Source: an uncultured Peptococcaceae bacterium (GTDB lineage Bacteria > Bacillota > Dehalobacteriia > UBA4068). From it: a DNA stretch of 63,017 nucleotides. The stretch lies in assembly GCA_949289995.1 (NCBI GenBank), contig CASEQE010000046.1:1-63017 (forward strand), read 5' to 3'. Position 1 is the stretch's first letter. The number at the start of each line of letters is the position of its first letter. Shown here in pieces: positions 1-10,051 of the stretch. A program made the position numbers and the translations under genes. The notes beneath the pieces were generated by a model. It had not been told where the DNA came from and did no database searches. It saw only the letters and a list, made by a program, of their open reading frames with translations.

Positions 1-186
1 GTTATGGAAAATTTCTTTGGCTTACTCAAAAGTGAGTTGCTGTATCTGCAAGAATTTGAATCCATGGAACACTTCAAGCTGGAACTAACTGCCTATCTGG
101 CTTACTACAACAACCACCGCATCAAGGCAAAGCTAAAGGGCTTGCCGCCTGCAAGTCACAGACAACAAGCCCTTTCGGCTGCTTAA
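1..186 (+). CDS. IS3-family transposase, integrase-core C-terminus (5'-partial)
   Basis: ENFFGLLKSE...YLAYYNNHRIKAKLKGLPP matches the E-x-F-F-x-x-L-K-x-E / YN-x-x-R-x-x-x-x-L pattern of IS3 OrfB. Confidence 0.9.
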   Translation, partial: VMENFFGLLKSELLYLQEFESMEHFKLELTAYLAYYNNHRIKAKLKGLPPASHRQQALSAA

Positions 187-232
187 TCAATTTCTGCTCT
201 TAAATATTGTCTAACTTTTGGGGGTCACTTCA
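1..232 (+). mobile_element. Right end of an IS3-family (IS150-like) insertion sequence; the rest lies outside the window
   Basis: Transposase C-terminus followed by a typical IS3 right terminal repeat, TGTCTAACTTTTGGGGGTCACTTCA (208-232), ending in CA. Confidence 0.85.
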
Positions 233-308
233 CAATCGGATTTGACAAAGCTATGGATATAGCCGTTGGATGTATCCGGCTATACGAAGAAGGGAAAAAA
301 GCAAAATA

Positions 309-350
309 AAAATAAGCAGGAGGAAAACCTTGATTCCTCCTGCTTATTTT
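309..350. terminator. Bidirectional intrinsic terminator
   Basis: AAAATAAGCAGGAGGAA-8 nt loop-TTCCTCCTGCTTATTTT, a perfect inverted repeat with A/T tails. Confidence 0.8.
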
Positions 351-452
351 CGTTATTCATCCGTGGTTTGCTCTCCGTAGCGGGCCGTCGGTGGCTCGCC
401 GTTGGTGGCTCGCCGTCCGCGGTAACCCCGCGTCCCCGTCATGGGCTGGCGA

Positions 453-1139
453 TTAAAAAATACTCTCTTCTTCGCCGGCGGATTCTTCCCGGGCGCTATG
501 CAAATCCAAAACCGTGGCGTATTGCAGGCGTAGGATCTCCCCCTGTTTCACCGCCACCGGACGTTGAAACAAGGGACCGTCCAAAACGAAAGTATGATAT
601 TCCCCATTTTCACCACAAACATCCAGGCCCAAATCTTCCAGACGCTGCATAATAGAGGAATCCAAAGTTTTCCCCAACAAATCCACAGGCGTCACATCGT
701 TTTGTACGCATTTGATCACCGCTTTATAGCCCAGACGCAAAAACGTTTCCACACATTCCCGCCGCTCCTTTTGCCACAAGGGATGTAGTGGCCGTAGGCC
801 TACGGCCTGGCAACGCTGGCAATTCCATTGCCAATGCCGCTGAATATCGATATCCCCAAAAGCGCAGGCCTCCGCGCCCATGGCCTTGGCCTGGCGCAAA
901 CCGTTTTCCAGCACTTCCTCATAGGAATCGTCTCCGCTTTCGCAAAAGATCAGCGGCAAATTTAAAGATTCCGACACGTCTACCCAAATGGGCATTTCGA
1001 TCCCATGAAACCAGGAACGTTTTTGTTGCCGGTTCATCATCACCAACAGAGCCACAGGCTCGTCGCCGGCGGCTTTCAACTGATGCAAGGCCAATACGCT
1101 ATCCTTGCCGCCGCTGTAAGATATTACAAATTTTACCAT
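453..1139 (-). CDS. Dph6/MJ0570-like PP-loop ATP pyrophosphatase (DUF71, diphthine-ammonia ligase family)
   Basis: N-terminal SYSGGKDS PP-loop, FGDI, and DVCGENGEYHTFVLDGPLF family motif. Confidence 0.88.
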   Translation of the reverse strand: MVKFVISYSGGKDSVLALHQLKAAGDEPVALLVMMNRQQKRSWFHGIEMPIWVDVSESLNLPLIFCESGDDSYEEVLENGLRQAKAMGAEACAFGDIDIQRHWQWNCQRCQAVGLRPLHPLWQKERRECVETFLRLGYKAVIKCVQNDVTPVDLLGKTLDSSIMQRLEDLGLDVCGENGEYHTFVLDGPLFQRPVAVKQGEILRLQYATVLDLHSAREESAGEEESIF

Positions 1140-1206
1140 ATATCCTCCTAAAAATCTTTACCGCGGCCAGTATCGTCCCCCCTCGACGAACCTTCCGCCC
1201 TCCTTT

Positions 1207-2061
1207 TTACGCCCGATTGTTGCTGCCGAAAACGCGAATCTTTTGCCGTATGATTTCCGTGGCCGCTTCCCGTGCCGGCGCCAGCATTTTTCGCGGATCC
1301 AAAAGATCCGGCTGCTCCGCCAGGGCCGCTTTGGCCGCCGCCATAAACGCTTCCCGAATATTGGTATCGATATTAATCTTGCGCACGCCGTTGGCTATTG
1401 CTTCCCGCAGCGTATCGTCGGGTACGCCGGAACTGCCATGCAATACGATAGGTACGTCCACCCGGCTGTGAATTTCCCGCAGCCGTTCCATATCCAGTTT
1501 TGGCTCCCCTTTATATTGGCCATGGGCAGTACCGATGGCAATAGCCAAAGCGTCTAACTGGGCTTTTTCTACAAAATAGCAGGCTTCGTCCGGATCGGTA
1601 TACAAAGCTTCTTTATCTGAAACGTATATATCATCCTCCGTACCGGTAATTTTTCCCAGCTCTCCTTCCACGGAAACGCCGCAAGGCCGGGCTACCGCGG
1701 CCACCTGATTGACCAAAGCGATATTTTCTTCCAAAGGATATTTGGAGCCGTCCACCATCACCCCGGTAAAACCGGCGTGAATACATTTCACCGCCTGCTC
1801 AAAGCTGGTGCCATGATCCAAATGCATTGCCACCGGCACCGGCGCTTTGTCCGCCGCCAATTTGGTTAAAGCGGCGATATATTCCAAACCGGCATATTTA
1901 ATCGCCCCCTGCGAAGCCTGAATGATCACCGGTGATTTTTCCAATGTGGCGGCGTTGATAATCGCCTGGACAATTTCCATATTGTTACAATTAAACGCGC
2001 CTACCGCATAGCGTCCTTTCTCGGCATCCGCCAATAAATCCCGTAAAGCTACAAGCGCCAT
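1207..2061 (-). CDS. fba: Class II fructose-1,6-bisphosphate aldolase
   Basis: YAVGAFN, HLDHG, VEGELG, AIGTAHG, LHGSSG, KINIDT motifs; start placed at MALVAL. Confidence 0.93.
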   Translation of the reverse strand: MALVALRDLLADAEKGRYAVGAFNCNNMEIVQAIINAATLEKSPVIIQASQGAIKYAGLEYIAALTKLAADKAPVPVAMHLDHGTSFEQAVKCIHAGFTGVMVDGSKYPLEENIALVNQVAAVARPCGVSVEGELGKITGTEDDIYVSDKEALYTDPDEACYFVEKAQLDALAIAIGTAHGQYKGEPKLDMERLREIHSRVDVPIVLHGSSGVPDDTLREAIANGVRKINIDTNIREAFMAAAKAALAEQPDLLDPRKMLAPAREAATEIIRQKIRVFGSNNRA

Positions 2062-2274
2062 AGTGCAAGCCCCCTTATCGATAATCAATAATATATAAAG
2101 ATATAAACGAAAAGCATTTTTATGTATATGCGGCGATTGCCATGGCCATACGCCGCGCCCTCCGGCCCAAGCCTATGATCTAAATCCATAATACCAGGCA
2201 AAAAGGCTGTGACTTTACATAAATTTATGATCTTAGAAATATAAAAAGGATAGTTTTTTCTTATATACCCATGG

Positions 2275-4200
2275 TTATGATTGGAATTTTGCCAATTCTT
2301 CGGCTGTTTCCTCCCAACGGCTGTAATATTCGCTAAGCTGTTCTTCCATACCTGCAATGATTTGGCTAATTTCCGTCAAACGTTGATAGTCGGCGGCGAT
2401 ATTAGGATCGGCTAAGCTTTGCTTATGCCTTTGCAAGGTTTGTTCCGCCTGGGCGATTTGTTCTTCTAGGCGCTGGGCGGCGGTTTCCAATTTGCGGCGG
2501 CGGGATTGTTCTTCTTTTCGCCGCAAATAATCGGCTTTTTGGCCGCCTTCGCCGGCCGCCGGTTTTTTTGCACTGGCAATAGCCGCTTGACCGGCATGGA
2601 AAAGCCTTTTTTCTAAATAATAATCGTAATTTCCCGGATACAAAGTCAAACCGTCGGCAGTCATATAATAAATTTTGCTGGCCAAACGATTGATTAAATA
2701 GCGATCATGAGAAACCACCAGCATGGTGCCTTCATAGTTTAGCAGGGCTTTCTCCACCGCCTCCCGGGAAGCGACGTCCAAATGGTTGCTAGGTTCGTCC
2801 AAAAGCAAAAAATTAGCCGGCCGCAGCATCAATTTCAACAGCTCCAACCTGGCCCGTTCGCCGCCGGATAATCCCGCCGCCGGTTTCAACGCCTGTTCCC
2901 CAGGAAAAAGAAAACAGGCCAAAGCGGTGCGCAATTGGGTTTGGCTCATCCGCGGAAAACAATCGTACAACTCCTGCAAAACCGTTTTTTCACTGGTAGA
3001 CGGGGCCTGTATTTGATCATAATAGCCCATATGTACGTTAATTCCCGGCTTAACCATTCCCTCATCCGCCGGATACAGGCCAAGAATGATTTTTAGCAGC
3101 GTGGTTTTGCCGCAGCCGTTGGCGCCCAGCAAAAAAACCCGCTCCCCTTTATCGATTTCCATATCCACGCCGGAAAAAAGCGTTTTGCCGCCGAAACTTT
3201 TCTTCACCTGATGCAGGCGCAGCACTTCGTTACCCCCGGGAAGCGGCGCTTGAAAGCGAAAATGTAAAGCCGCCTCTTCTTCCTCCGGAATCGTCAAATT
3301 CTCCTTCAGCTTGGCCAATTGTTTTTCTTTGCTGGCAATGGTAACGTAATTATGGGCCTGATTAAAACGGCGTTGTTGGGCGATCATTTCTTCCAGACGG
3401 CGGATTTCCTTACATTGGTTTTGATAGGCATGGCGCAAGGTTTGTTCCTCCGCCGCTTTTTTTCGCTTGAATTCGCTATAATTGCCCTTATAGCATTGCA
3501 AGCGGCCATGGGAAAAATGCCAAGTTTCGTTGGTGGTTTTATCCAAAAAATAACGGTCGTGGGAAATTAACAGAAACGCCCCACGATAGGCCGATAGAAA
3601 ATTTTCCAACCATTCGATAGCCGCGATATCCAAGTGGTTGGTAGGCTCGTCCAATAACAACAACGGAGATTCGCTTAACAGCATACGAGCCAACAAAGCC
3701 TTGGAACGCTGGCCGCCGGACAAAGTCCCCACCGGTTTTTCCAATTCTTCCGCGGCAAATCCCAATCCCAACAAAGCAGAACGGGCCCGGGAACGACAGG
3801 TATATCCACCCCGCCGCTGATATTCCTCCTGTAGGCGCTGTTGTTCATCGATTAACGCTGCCGAAGGCTGCTTTTCCAAAATTTCGCTCAGCTGCGCCAA
3901 ACGCCGTTCCATGGCGAACAACGGGGCGAAAACCGTTTCCACCGCCTGCAACAAAGAAATATGTTGCTCCACGCTAAGTATTTGTTCCATATACGCGGGT
4001 TTTACGCCTTTGGCAAAGGTAATCTGCCCCTGATCGGCGGCAACTTGCCCACAAATGATACGAAACAAAGTAGTTTTGCCGCAACCATTAACGCCGGTTA
4101 AACCCACATGGGCGTTTTCCTCCACGGTAAAACGAAGCGGGCCGAACAATTCTTCCCCGGCAAAAGATTTATACAGTTTGTCGCCGGCGCAGATGATCAT
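2275..4200 (-). CDS. ABC-F family ribosome-associated ATPase with C-terminal coiled coil
   Basis: Two NBDs (GVNGCGKT/LSGGQ/LDEPTNHLD and GANGCGKT/LSGGE/LDEPSNHLD), YKGNYS linker, no transmembrane segments. Confidence 0.92.
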   Translation of the reverse strand: MIICAGDKLYKSFAGEELFGPLRFTVEENAHVGLTGVNGCGKTTLFRIICGQVAADQGQITFAKGVKPAYMEQILSVEQHISLLQAVETVFAPLFAMERRLAQLSEILEKQPSAALIDEQQRLQEEYQRRGGYTCRSRARSALLGLGFAAEELEKPVGTLSGGQRSKALLARMLLSESPLLLLDEPTNHLDIAAIEWLENFLSAYRGAFLLISHDRYFLDKTTNETWHFSHGRLQCYKGNYSEFKRKKAAEEQTLRHAYQNQCKEIRRLEEMIAQQRRFNQAHNYVTIASKEKQLAKLKENLTIPEEEEAALHFRFQAPLPGGNEVLRLHQVKKSFGGKTLFSGVDMEIDKGERVFLLGANGCGKTTLLKIILGLYPADEGMVKPGINVHMGYYDQIQAPSTSEKTVLQELYDCFPRMSQTQLRTALACFLFPGEQALKPAAGLSGGERARLELLKLMLRPANFLLLDEPSNHLDVASREAVEKALLNYEGTMLVVSHDRYLINRLASKIYYMTADGLTLYPGNYDYYLEKRLFHAGQAAIASAKKPAAGEGGQKADYLRRKEEQSRRRKLETAAQRLEEQIAQAEQTLQRHKQSLADPNIAADYQRLTEISQIIAGMEEQLSEYYSRWEETAEELAKFQS

Positions 4201-4916
4201 CGCCGCAAATCCTCAGATTGGTTTTGGCCGTTCCTTTCCTGGGGCAAAGGATGGAACAACGGATCGGCAGCCTGGCTTTCCTCCGTATGCGCCGCCTGGT
4301 CATGATAGGCTGCGGCATATACCGAACGGCGGTCGATTTTAAACGCCTGAGCCTGGCTTTCCCCGGCAGCCGCCGAAGATTGGCCGGTGATTTTTTCCCG
4401 GGGATATTGCCGGGTAAGCTGCAAATCTTCCTCGTCTATATCCGCCCCTAGGCCACCGTTTTCCATGGCGTAGCCGGAGCGGCTTGCCCGGCTTTGCGGC
4501 CGCGGGTATTCTCCCTGGGCTTCTTTTTCATATTCTCTCTGGGCTTCTCTTTGCGCCATCAACCGCTGTTTTTCCGCGATAATTTGCCGCTTGGTTTCCA
4601 TCATCGTCCGCCGTTTCAAACCCTTGGTTATACGCACCAAAAAATAAAATAGCAAACTAATCAAAAAGCCCGCTAAGCCGCAGATCATCCACACTTGTTG
4701 CACCGGTTCGGTGACGGAAATAAACTCGCCCAAAGGCAATAAATTTACATCTAAAGCACAATATAAAAACATCAGCAAAAAAGCCAAAGGCATCAACAAG
4801 CCTGGCCAAAATGAACGGCGCAAGCAGAAAAACAATTGAATCAAAAGCATAATAACCAGATAAAGAATAAATAAAATAATCCATCCTATAGGTTGAGAAA
4901 GTAGATCCAATAGCAT
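4197..4916 (-). CDS. Hypothetical membrane protein: about 3 N-terminal TM helices and a charged cytoplasmic tail
   Basis: Hydrophobic N-terminal ~95 aa; GGAGG RBS before ATG 4916; stop overlaps the ABC-F start (ATGA). Confidence 0.7.
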   Translation of the reverse strand: MLLDLLSQPIGWIILFILYLVIMLLIQLFFCLRRSFWPGLLMPLAFLLMFLYCALDVNLLPLGEFISVTEPVQQVWMICGLAGFLISLLFYFLVRITKGLKRRTMMETKRQIIAEKQRLMAQREAQREYEKEAQGEYPRPQSRASRSGYAMENGGLGADIDEEDLQLTRQYPREKITGQSSAAAGESQAQAFKIDRRSVYAAAYHDQAAHTEESQAADPLFHPLPQERNGQNQSEDLRR

Positions 4917-5020
4917 AAAGCAAACCCTCCCCGTTTTTGCCGCCATAAACGGCCAAAACGGCAAATTTGATTTCTATTCCTTTACCGGTAAACTTGCTTA
5001 GCCGGTAAACCAGGTTGATT

Positions 5021-6085
5021 TTATTCCTCTTTCAAACGTTGGGCCTGGTCGGAAGTGATCAAAGCGTCGATAATCTCGTCCAATTCTCCTTCCAAAATCC
5101 ATTCCAATTTATGCAAAGTCAAACCGATACGATGATCGGTAACCCGTCTTTCGGGAAAATTATAGGTGCGGATCCGCTCCGACCGATCGCCGGAACCCAC
5201 CTGGCTTTTGCGGGCGGAGGCTTCGCTGGCGGCGGCCTCTTCCTGCATTTTTTCCATCACCCGGGCCCGCAAAACCCGCATACCTTTGGCTTTGTTTTTA
5301 ATCTGGCTTTTTTCATCCTGGCAGGATACCACGATACCGGTGGGAATATGGGTAATGCGCACCGCGCTTTGGGTGGTATTGACGCATTGACCGCCGGGGC
5401 CGGTGGCGCAAAATAAATCAATACGGATATCGTTGGGAGAAATATCTACTTCCACTTCCTCCGCTTCCGGCAATACCGCTACCGTTGCCGCGCTGGTATG
5501 AATACGGCCGCTAGATTCCGTGGCCGGTACCCGCTGCACCCGATGGACGCCGCTTTCAAATTTTAAACGGCTATATGCGCCTTTGCCTTCGATCAATAAA
5601 ATAATCTCTTTCAAACCGCCGATATCGGTAAAATTGGCATCCATAATTTCCATATGCCAGCGATGTTTTTCCGCATAGCGGCTATACATTTTATATAAAT
5701 CATTGGCAAACAAAGCCGCTTCGTCGCCGCCAGTACCGGCGCGAATTTCCAAAATCACGTTCTTTTCATCGTTGGGATCCTTCGGCAGCAACAACAATTT
5801 CAATTGCCGCTCCAAATCCGCCAACTTGTTCTGGTTTTCCTCAATATCCATTTTGGCCAGCTCCACCAATTCCGGATCGCTTTTTTCGCTGATGATTTGC
5901 TCCGCGCCGGCAATTTCCTCGCCCACGGCCAAATATTGACGGTAGGCCAAAACCACGTCCTCCAAATCCGCACGGGCTTTTACCAATTTCTGCCATTGGC
6001 TTTGATTGGCTATTATTTCCGGATCCCCTACTTGTTGGGTAAGAGCATCGTATTTTTCAGCTAATGCAGCCAATTTTTCAATCAT
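5021..6085 (-). CDS. prfA: Peptide chain release factor 1
   Basis: [17 protein letters not shown] (PxT anticodon-mimic of RF1), [15 protein letters not shown]; alternative start at 6106. Confidence 0.96.
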   Translation of the reverse strand: MIEKLAALAEKYDALTQQVGDPEIIANQSQWQKLVKARADLEDVVLAYRQYLAVGEEIAGAEQIISEKSDPELVELAKMDIEENQNKLADLERQLKLLLLPKDPNDEKNVILEIRAGTGGDEAALFANDLYKMYSRYAEKHRWHMEIMDANFTDIGGLKEIILLIEGKGAYSRLKFESGVHRVQRVPATESSGRIHTSAATVAVLPEAEEVEVDISPNDIRIDLFCATGPGGQCVNTTQSAVRITHIPTGIVVSCQDEKSQIKNKAKGMRVLRARVMEKMQEEAAASEASARKSQVGSGDRSERIRTYNFPERRVTDHRIGLTLHKLEWILEGELDEIIDALITSDQAQRLKEE

Positions 6086-6158
6086 TCCTGATGTTCCTTC
6101 AATCATTCTTGCTATTTCCTTCCTCTTGTTTGATTTTTAGGCAATTCTGCCATTTGCA

Positions 6159-9113
6159 TTACGCCTTATCTGTGGAAGATTTATTGCCCTGAGATTTATT
6201 GCCCTGAGATTTATTGCCCTGAGATTTATTGCCCTGAGATTTGTTGCCCTGAGATTTGTTGCCCTGAGATTTGTTGCCCTGGGGTTTGTTGTTTTGGGGT
6301 TTTTTATTTTGCGATTTATTACCCTGGGATTTATTGCCATGGGATTTATTGCCCTGGGATTTATTGCCCTGGGATTTATTGCCCTGGGATTTGTTGCCCT
6401 GGGATTTGTTGCCCTGGGATTTGTTGCCCTGGGATTTGTTGCCCTGGGATTTGTTGCCCTGGGATTTGTTGCCCTGGGATTTATTGCTTTTGGGCTTGCC
6501 GCCGGTTTTAGATTGGGCTGCCGGCTTTGCGGCAGTTTGCGGCTGGCCGGTAGGTGCGGAAAAACGTTCGATCGCTTGCGAGATAGCGATTTCTTTTTCC
6601 CTCTCCTTTTCCTGAAAATTCCTTTCTATGCCTTGCAAACGTTGGAACAGCTGTTCTTTTTCCGCGGATAATTTTTCCGCCTCTTTAGGATCAAACAACG
6701 GTTTCTCCGGCGGGCGATATTGGGCTTCCATTTCCCGGGTTTCCCGCCATTGTTCCTCTTCCCCGCTCCATATAGAGACGGATGTCGCTGCCGTAGTCGC
6801 AGAAGATTTTTGCCATTGTTTCTGTTGATTTGGTTGTTTCTGCTGCTGCCGTTGTTTTTGCTGATTTGGTTGTTTCTGCTGCTGCCGTTGTTTTTGCTGA
6901 TTTGGTTGTTTCTGCTGCCGCCGTTGTTTTTGCTGATTTGGTTGTTTCTGCTGCTGCCGTTGTTTTCCTTGACTTGGTTGGTTATTCTCCTTTTCGCCCG
7001 TGCCGCTTTGACCGTTTTGCCGTTCTTTTTCCCCGCTATGCTGAAGATCTTGCCATTTTTCCTGCGACTGCTTTTCTACATCCATTTGCTCCACAGTGGC
7101 GGCGGATTTTAACGATGGCAAAGCGGATTGGCTCTGCTCCGCAGAGGCAGCGCCAACGGCTGCTTTTTCATCGCTAACGGATGCGCCGCCGTGGTTACGG
7201 CCGGCGTTCGCCGTCTGGATACGGCTTTTTCCCTCATACCAGGTCTTTTTTAACCATGCTTTGCTCTTAGCGCCGGCAACTTTACAGGTTTCCCCCGCTT
7301 TCATCAACCGGGGACCGGCCAAAGCCGCCCCGCGCCTCAGCGTTTTTGCGAAATCCCTAGCCTTACGCGCCGAAAAATCGCCGGCTATAAGCAAAACCTG
7401 GCCCGTTTTTTCAGCAGCTTTAGCCGTTGAAGCGGCGGCCCTTTTTCCCCATTGACGCAGCGTTTCGCCAAGGGCCGCGCCCTTGTCATGCAACGTTTCG
7501 CCAAGGGCCGCCCCCTTTTCATGCAACGTTTCGCCAAGGGCCGCGCCCTTTTCATGCAGCGTTTCGCCGAGGGCCGCGCCTTTGTCATGCAGCGTTTCGC
7601 CAAGGGCCGCGCCCTTTTCATGCAGCGTTTCGCCGAGGGCCGCCCCCTTGTCATGCAGCGTTTCGCCACGGGCCGCGCCCTTTTCACGCAAAGCTTCGCC
7701 AGCGGCCGCGCCCTTTTCATGCAGCGTTTCGCCGAGGGCCGCGCCCTTGTCATGCAACGTTTCTCCAAGGGCCGCCCCCTTGTCATGCAGCGTTTCGCCA
7801 AGGGCCGCCCCCTTTTCATGCAACGTTTCGCCAAGGGCCGCGCCCTTTTCATGCAGCGTTTCTCCAAGGGCCGCGCCCTTTTCATGCAACGTTTCGCCAA
7901 GGGCCGCGCCCTTTTCATGCAACGTTTCGCCGAGAGCCGCGCCCTTGTCATGCAGCGTTTCGCCGAGGGCCGCGCCTTTGTCATGCAAAGCCGTTAGCGT
8001 TTCGGCATTGGTTGCTGCAGTAAAAGAATCCGCAACCGTTTTTTCAGCGGTTGCACGTTTAGAAGATGAAAATTTACGCTGAAGCAACGGTATAAACCCA
8101 GGTTTTGCCTGTTTTTTCTCGGTTTTTTCTTGTATTGCCGCTACATTTTGGGATCGCCGTAAAATAAAAGAGGTTTTTCTTTTTTCCGCCGCCCAAGTTT
8201 TTAACTGTTCTTCCGCCCATTGCGCGCCGGTATCTCCTAGCCATTCATCCGTCTCCCCCCGTAACCGGGCGGCGGCGGCAACGGCAATTTCCATCATATC
8301 CCAATTGGGTTCCCGCACCGTAAATCTTTGCAAAAATAATCCTGGCGCCGTAAAAATTTTCCATATTAATCCGTCGTTACCTTGCCAATAGCAACGATAA
8401 ATTTCATAATTAACGCCAAAAATTAGCAAAAACAACAATATTTCAATGAATACACGGCCTAAAGCCGGCAAATATATGCAAAAAGAAGATACTACAATCA
8501 AATATAAAAAAGAACTTAGCACATAGCTGGAAGCGCAACCGCTGTGTATGGAAGAATAATCGCTAATATTCTCCCAAGCATTTTCTTCCCCCTGCTCGGC
8601 AGCTATTTGCGCATGAACCGCCTTATGCGCCGCTCCATGATAAGCCCATAAGCGTTTGACGCTTTCCGTTCGCCGCAAAGTCTGCAATAACAATAAAAAC
8701 AATGCGACTTTAATAATAAAATTCAACCATATAGCCAAAGTTTGACCAAAAAATAGTTTCACAGCGGTTACGACAACGGCAGGCAATAGCAAATAGAGAA
8801 AAAAGCATACCAAAACCGCCGAAAACAAACCGCCGATCATTTGTAGCCAACCCATATTTTCGTCTTCGCTGGCTCCGGCTTGCCGGGCGGACCATAGCAA
8901 AGCGGCAAAAAAAGCCACCGCTTCCCGGAAAAAGAAAACCAGACCTCGCGCTAGCGGCAAGGATTCCAAGCCATGGAAATTTGGATTTTTTATCCATTCC
9001 CGGCTTACGATATCGTGAAATTCATTGCGGCAGGCGATTTCTTTTTTTTGCCCACCGCTGAAGGCTACGCCCTCAATTACCGGACAGCCTCTATATTTAT
9101 CTCGTTGCGCCAT
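6159..9113 (-). CDS. DUF1385-like membrane protein with a ~690-aa low-complexity, repeat-rich C-terminal extension
   Basis: IEGV, PLARG, YHGAAHK, LQRFTVREP resemble DUF1385 motifs; position upstream of prfA is typical for the family. Confidence 0.75.
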   Translation of the reverse strand: MAQRDKYRGCPVIEGVAFSGGQKKEIACRNEFHDIVSREWIKNPNFHGLESLPLARGLVFFFREAVAFFAALLWSARQAGASEDENMGWLQMIGGLFSAVLVCFFLYLLLPAVVVTAVKLFFGQTLAIWLNFIIKVALFLLLLQTLRRTESVKRLWAYHGAAHKAVHAQIAAEQGEENAWENISDYSSIHSGCASSYVLSSFLYLIVVSSFCIYLPALGRVFIEILLFLLIFGVNYEIYRCYWQGNDGLIWKIFTAPGLFLQRFTVREPNWDMMEIAVAAAARLRGETDEWLGDTGAQWAEEQLKTWAAEKRKTSFILRRSQNVAAIQEKTEKKQAKPGFIPLLQRKFSSSKRATAEKTVADSFTAATNAETLTALHDKGAALGETLHDKGAALGETLHEKGAALGETLHEKGAALGETLHEKGAALGETLHEKGAALGETLHDKGAALGETLHDKGAALGETLHEKGAAAGEALREKGAARGETLHDKGAALGETLHEKGAALGETLHDKGAALGETLHEKGAALGETLHEKGAALGETLHDKGAALGETLRQWGKRAAASTAKAAEKTGQVLLIAGDFSARKARDFAKTLRRGAALAGPRLMKAGETCKVAGAKSKAWLKKTWYEGKSRIQTANAGRNHGGASVSDEKAAVGAASAEQSQSALPSLKSAATVEQMDVEKQSQEKWQDLQHSGEKERQNGQSGTGEKENNQPSQGKQRQQQKQPNQQKQRRQQKQPNQQKQRQQQKQPNQQKQRQQQKQPNQQKQWQKSSATTAATSVSIWSGEEEQWRETREMEAQYRPPEKPLFDPKEAEKLSAEKEQLFQRLQGIERNFQEKEREKEIAISQAIERFSAPTGQPQTAAKPAAQSKTGGKPKSNKSQGNKSQGNKSQGNKSQGNKSQGNKSQGNKSQGNKSQGNKSQGNKSHGNKSQGNKSQNKKPQNNKPQGNKSQGNKSQGNKSQGNKSQGNKSQGNKSQGNKSSTDKA
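6178..6487 (-). repeat. 15-bp tandem repeat, about 21 copies, encoding GNKSQ
   Basis: GATTT(A/G)TTGCCCTG(A/G) units read directly in the sequence. Confidence 0.95.
6817..6965 (-). repeat. 36-bp tandem repeat, 4 copies, encoding QRQQQKQPNQQK
   Basis: GATTTGGTTGTTTCTGCTGCTGCCGTTGTTTTTGCT units. Confidence 0.93.
7462..7989 (-). repeat. 33-bp tandem repeat, 16 copies, encoding LH(D/E)KGAALGET
   Basis: CGTTTCGCCAAGGGCCGCGCCCTT(G/T)TCATGCA(G/A) units, contiguous with no spacers. Confidence 0.95.
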
Positions 9114-9244
9114 TGTTCTCTCCGTTTATTTCAGCGGCGGGCCAAACCCGCCGGATTTTTTGCCAGATGCTGGTATCAGGGTATTCTATTATTATATCCG
9201 CTTTAAAAGCAAATCGCAATTCTTATACGCTACAAGCGGGATTA

Positions 9245-10051
9245 TTATTCCAAAGCCGCCAAATCCTGCCGGCATTTGCATAAGAAACGTTTTCTCTCCT
9301 CTCCGGGAGGTAAAGAGCAATCCCAAATGATTTTTCCCGGGGTTTTATCTTGTCTTAATAGATTATTCTGCACCAAAACCTTATATAAATGCTGGGAAAC
9401 GCCAAAATTTCCATCGTATATCGCAAAACAGGGATAATTTTCCTCCAACCAACGGCGCAAAAAAATATAATGGGTACAGCCCAAAACCAAAGCATCGGCC
9501 TTACCGCAATAAGGATCCAGCAAACGCCGGAGATAGGCGTAAATTTTAGCGGAACGAAAATCTTCTTCCACCATTTCCATCAACCCCGGGCAAGCCAAAG
9601 GAATAACCTGATCGTCTTTGGCCACCTGGCTTAAAAGGGCGGCGAATTTTTTTTCCCGCAGGGTTAACCGGGTAGCCATCACCAAAACCCGTTTATGCTG
9701 CAAAACCGCTGGTTTTAAAGCCGGCTCCAAACCCAATATAGGCAAAGCATATTCCTGGCGTAGCATAGCGGCAGCGGCGGAGGTAGCGGTATTGCAGGCC
9801 AAAACCAAAGCTTTGCAACCTAAGGCGCATAGTCGGCGGCAATTTTCCCGCATCAAAGCTTGGATTTGCGCCGTGCTTTTGTCGCCATAGGGAGCGTTAA
9901 CAATATCAGCAAAATAGCGAAAATCCTCCCCCGGCAATAATTTTCTCGCTTGGGCTAATACGGTAATGCCGCCGACTCCGGAATCAAATACCGTAACCGG
10001 CTGAGAAAGGTTATACCCAATTTGTGGATAAGTTGTGGATATATTCTTCAT
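9245..10051 (-). CDS. murI: Glutamate racemase
   Basis: FDSGVGG, APYGDK, LACNTAT and LGCTHY catalytic motifs. Confidence 0.95.
   Translation of the reverse strand: MKNISTTYPQIGYNLSQPVTVFDSGVGGITVLAQARKLLPGEDFRYFADIVNAPYGDKSTAQIQALMRENCRRLCALGCKALVLACNTATSAAAAMLRQEYALPILGLEPALKPAVLQHKRVLVMATRLTLREKKFAALLSQVAKDDQVIPLACPGLMEMVEEDFRSAKIYAYLRRLLDPYCGKADALVLGCTHYIFLRRWLEENYPCFAIYDGNFGVSQHLYKVLVQNNLLRQDKTPGKIIWDCSLPPGEERKRFLCKCRQDLAALE

Noticed and set aside
6178-7989. 33- and 36-bp repeats as a CRISPR array
   Set aside because: Units are contiguous with no unique spacers, lie in frame within a CDS, and no cas genes are present
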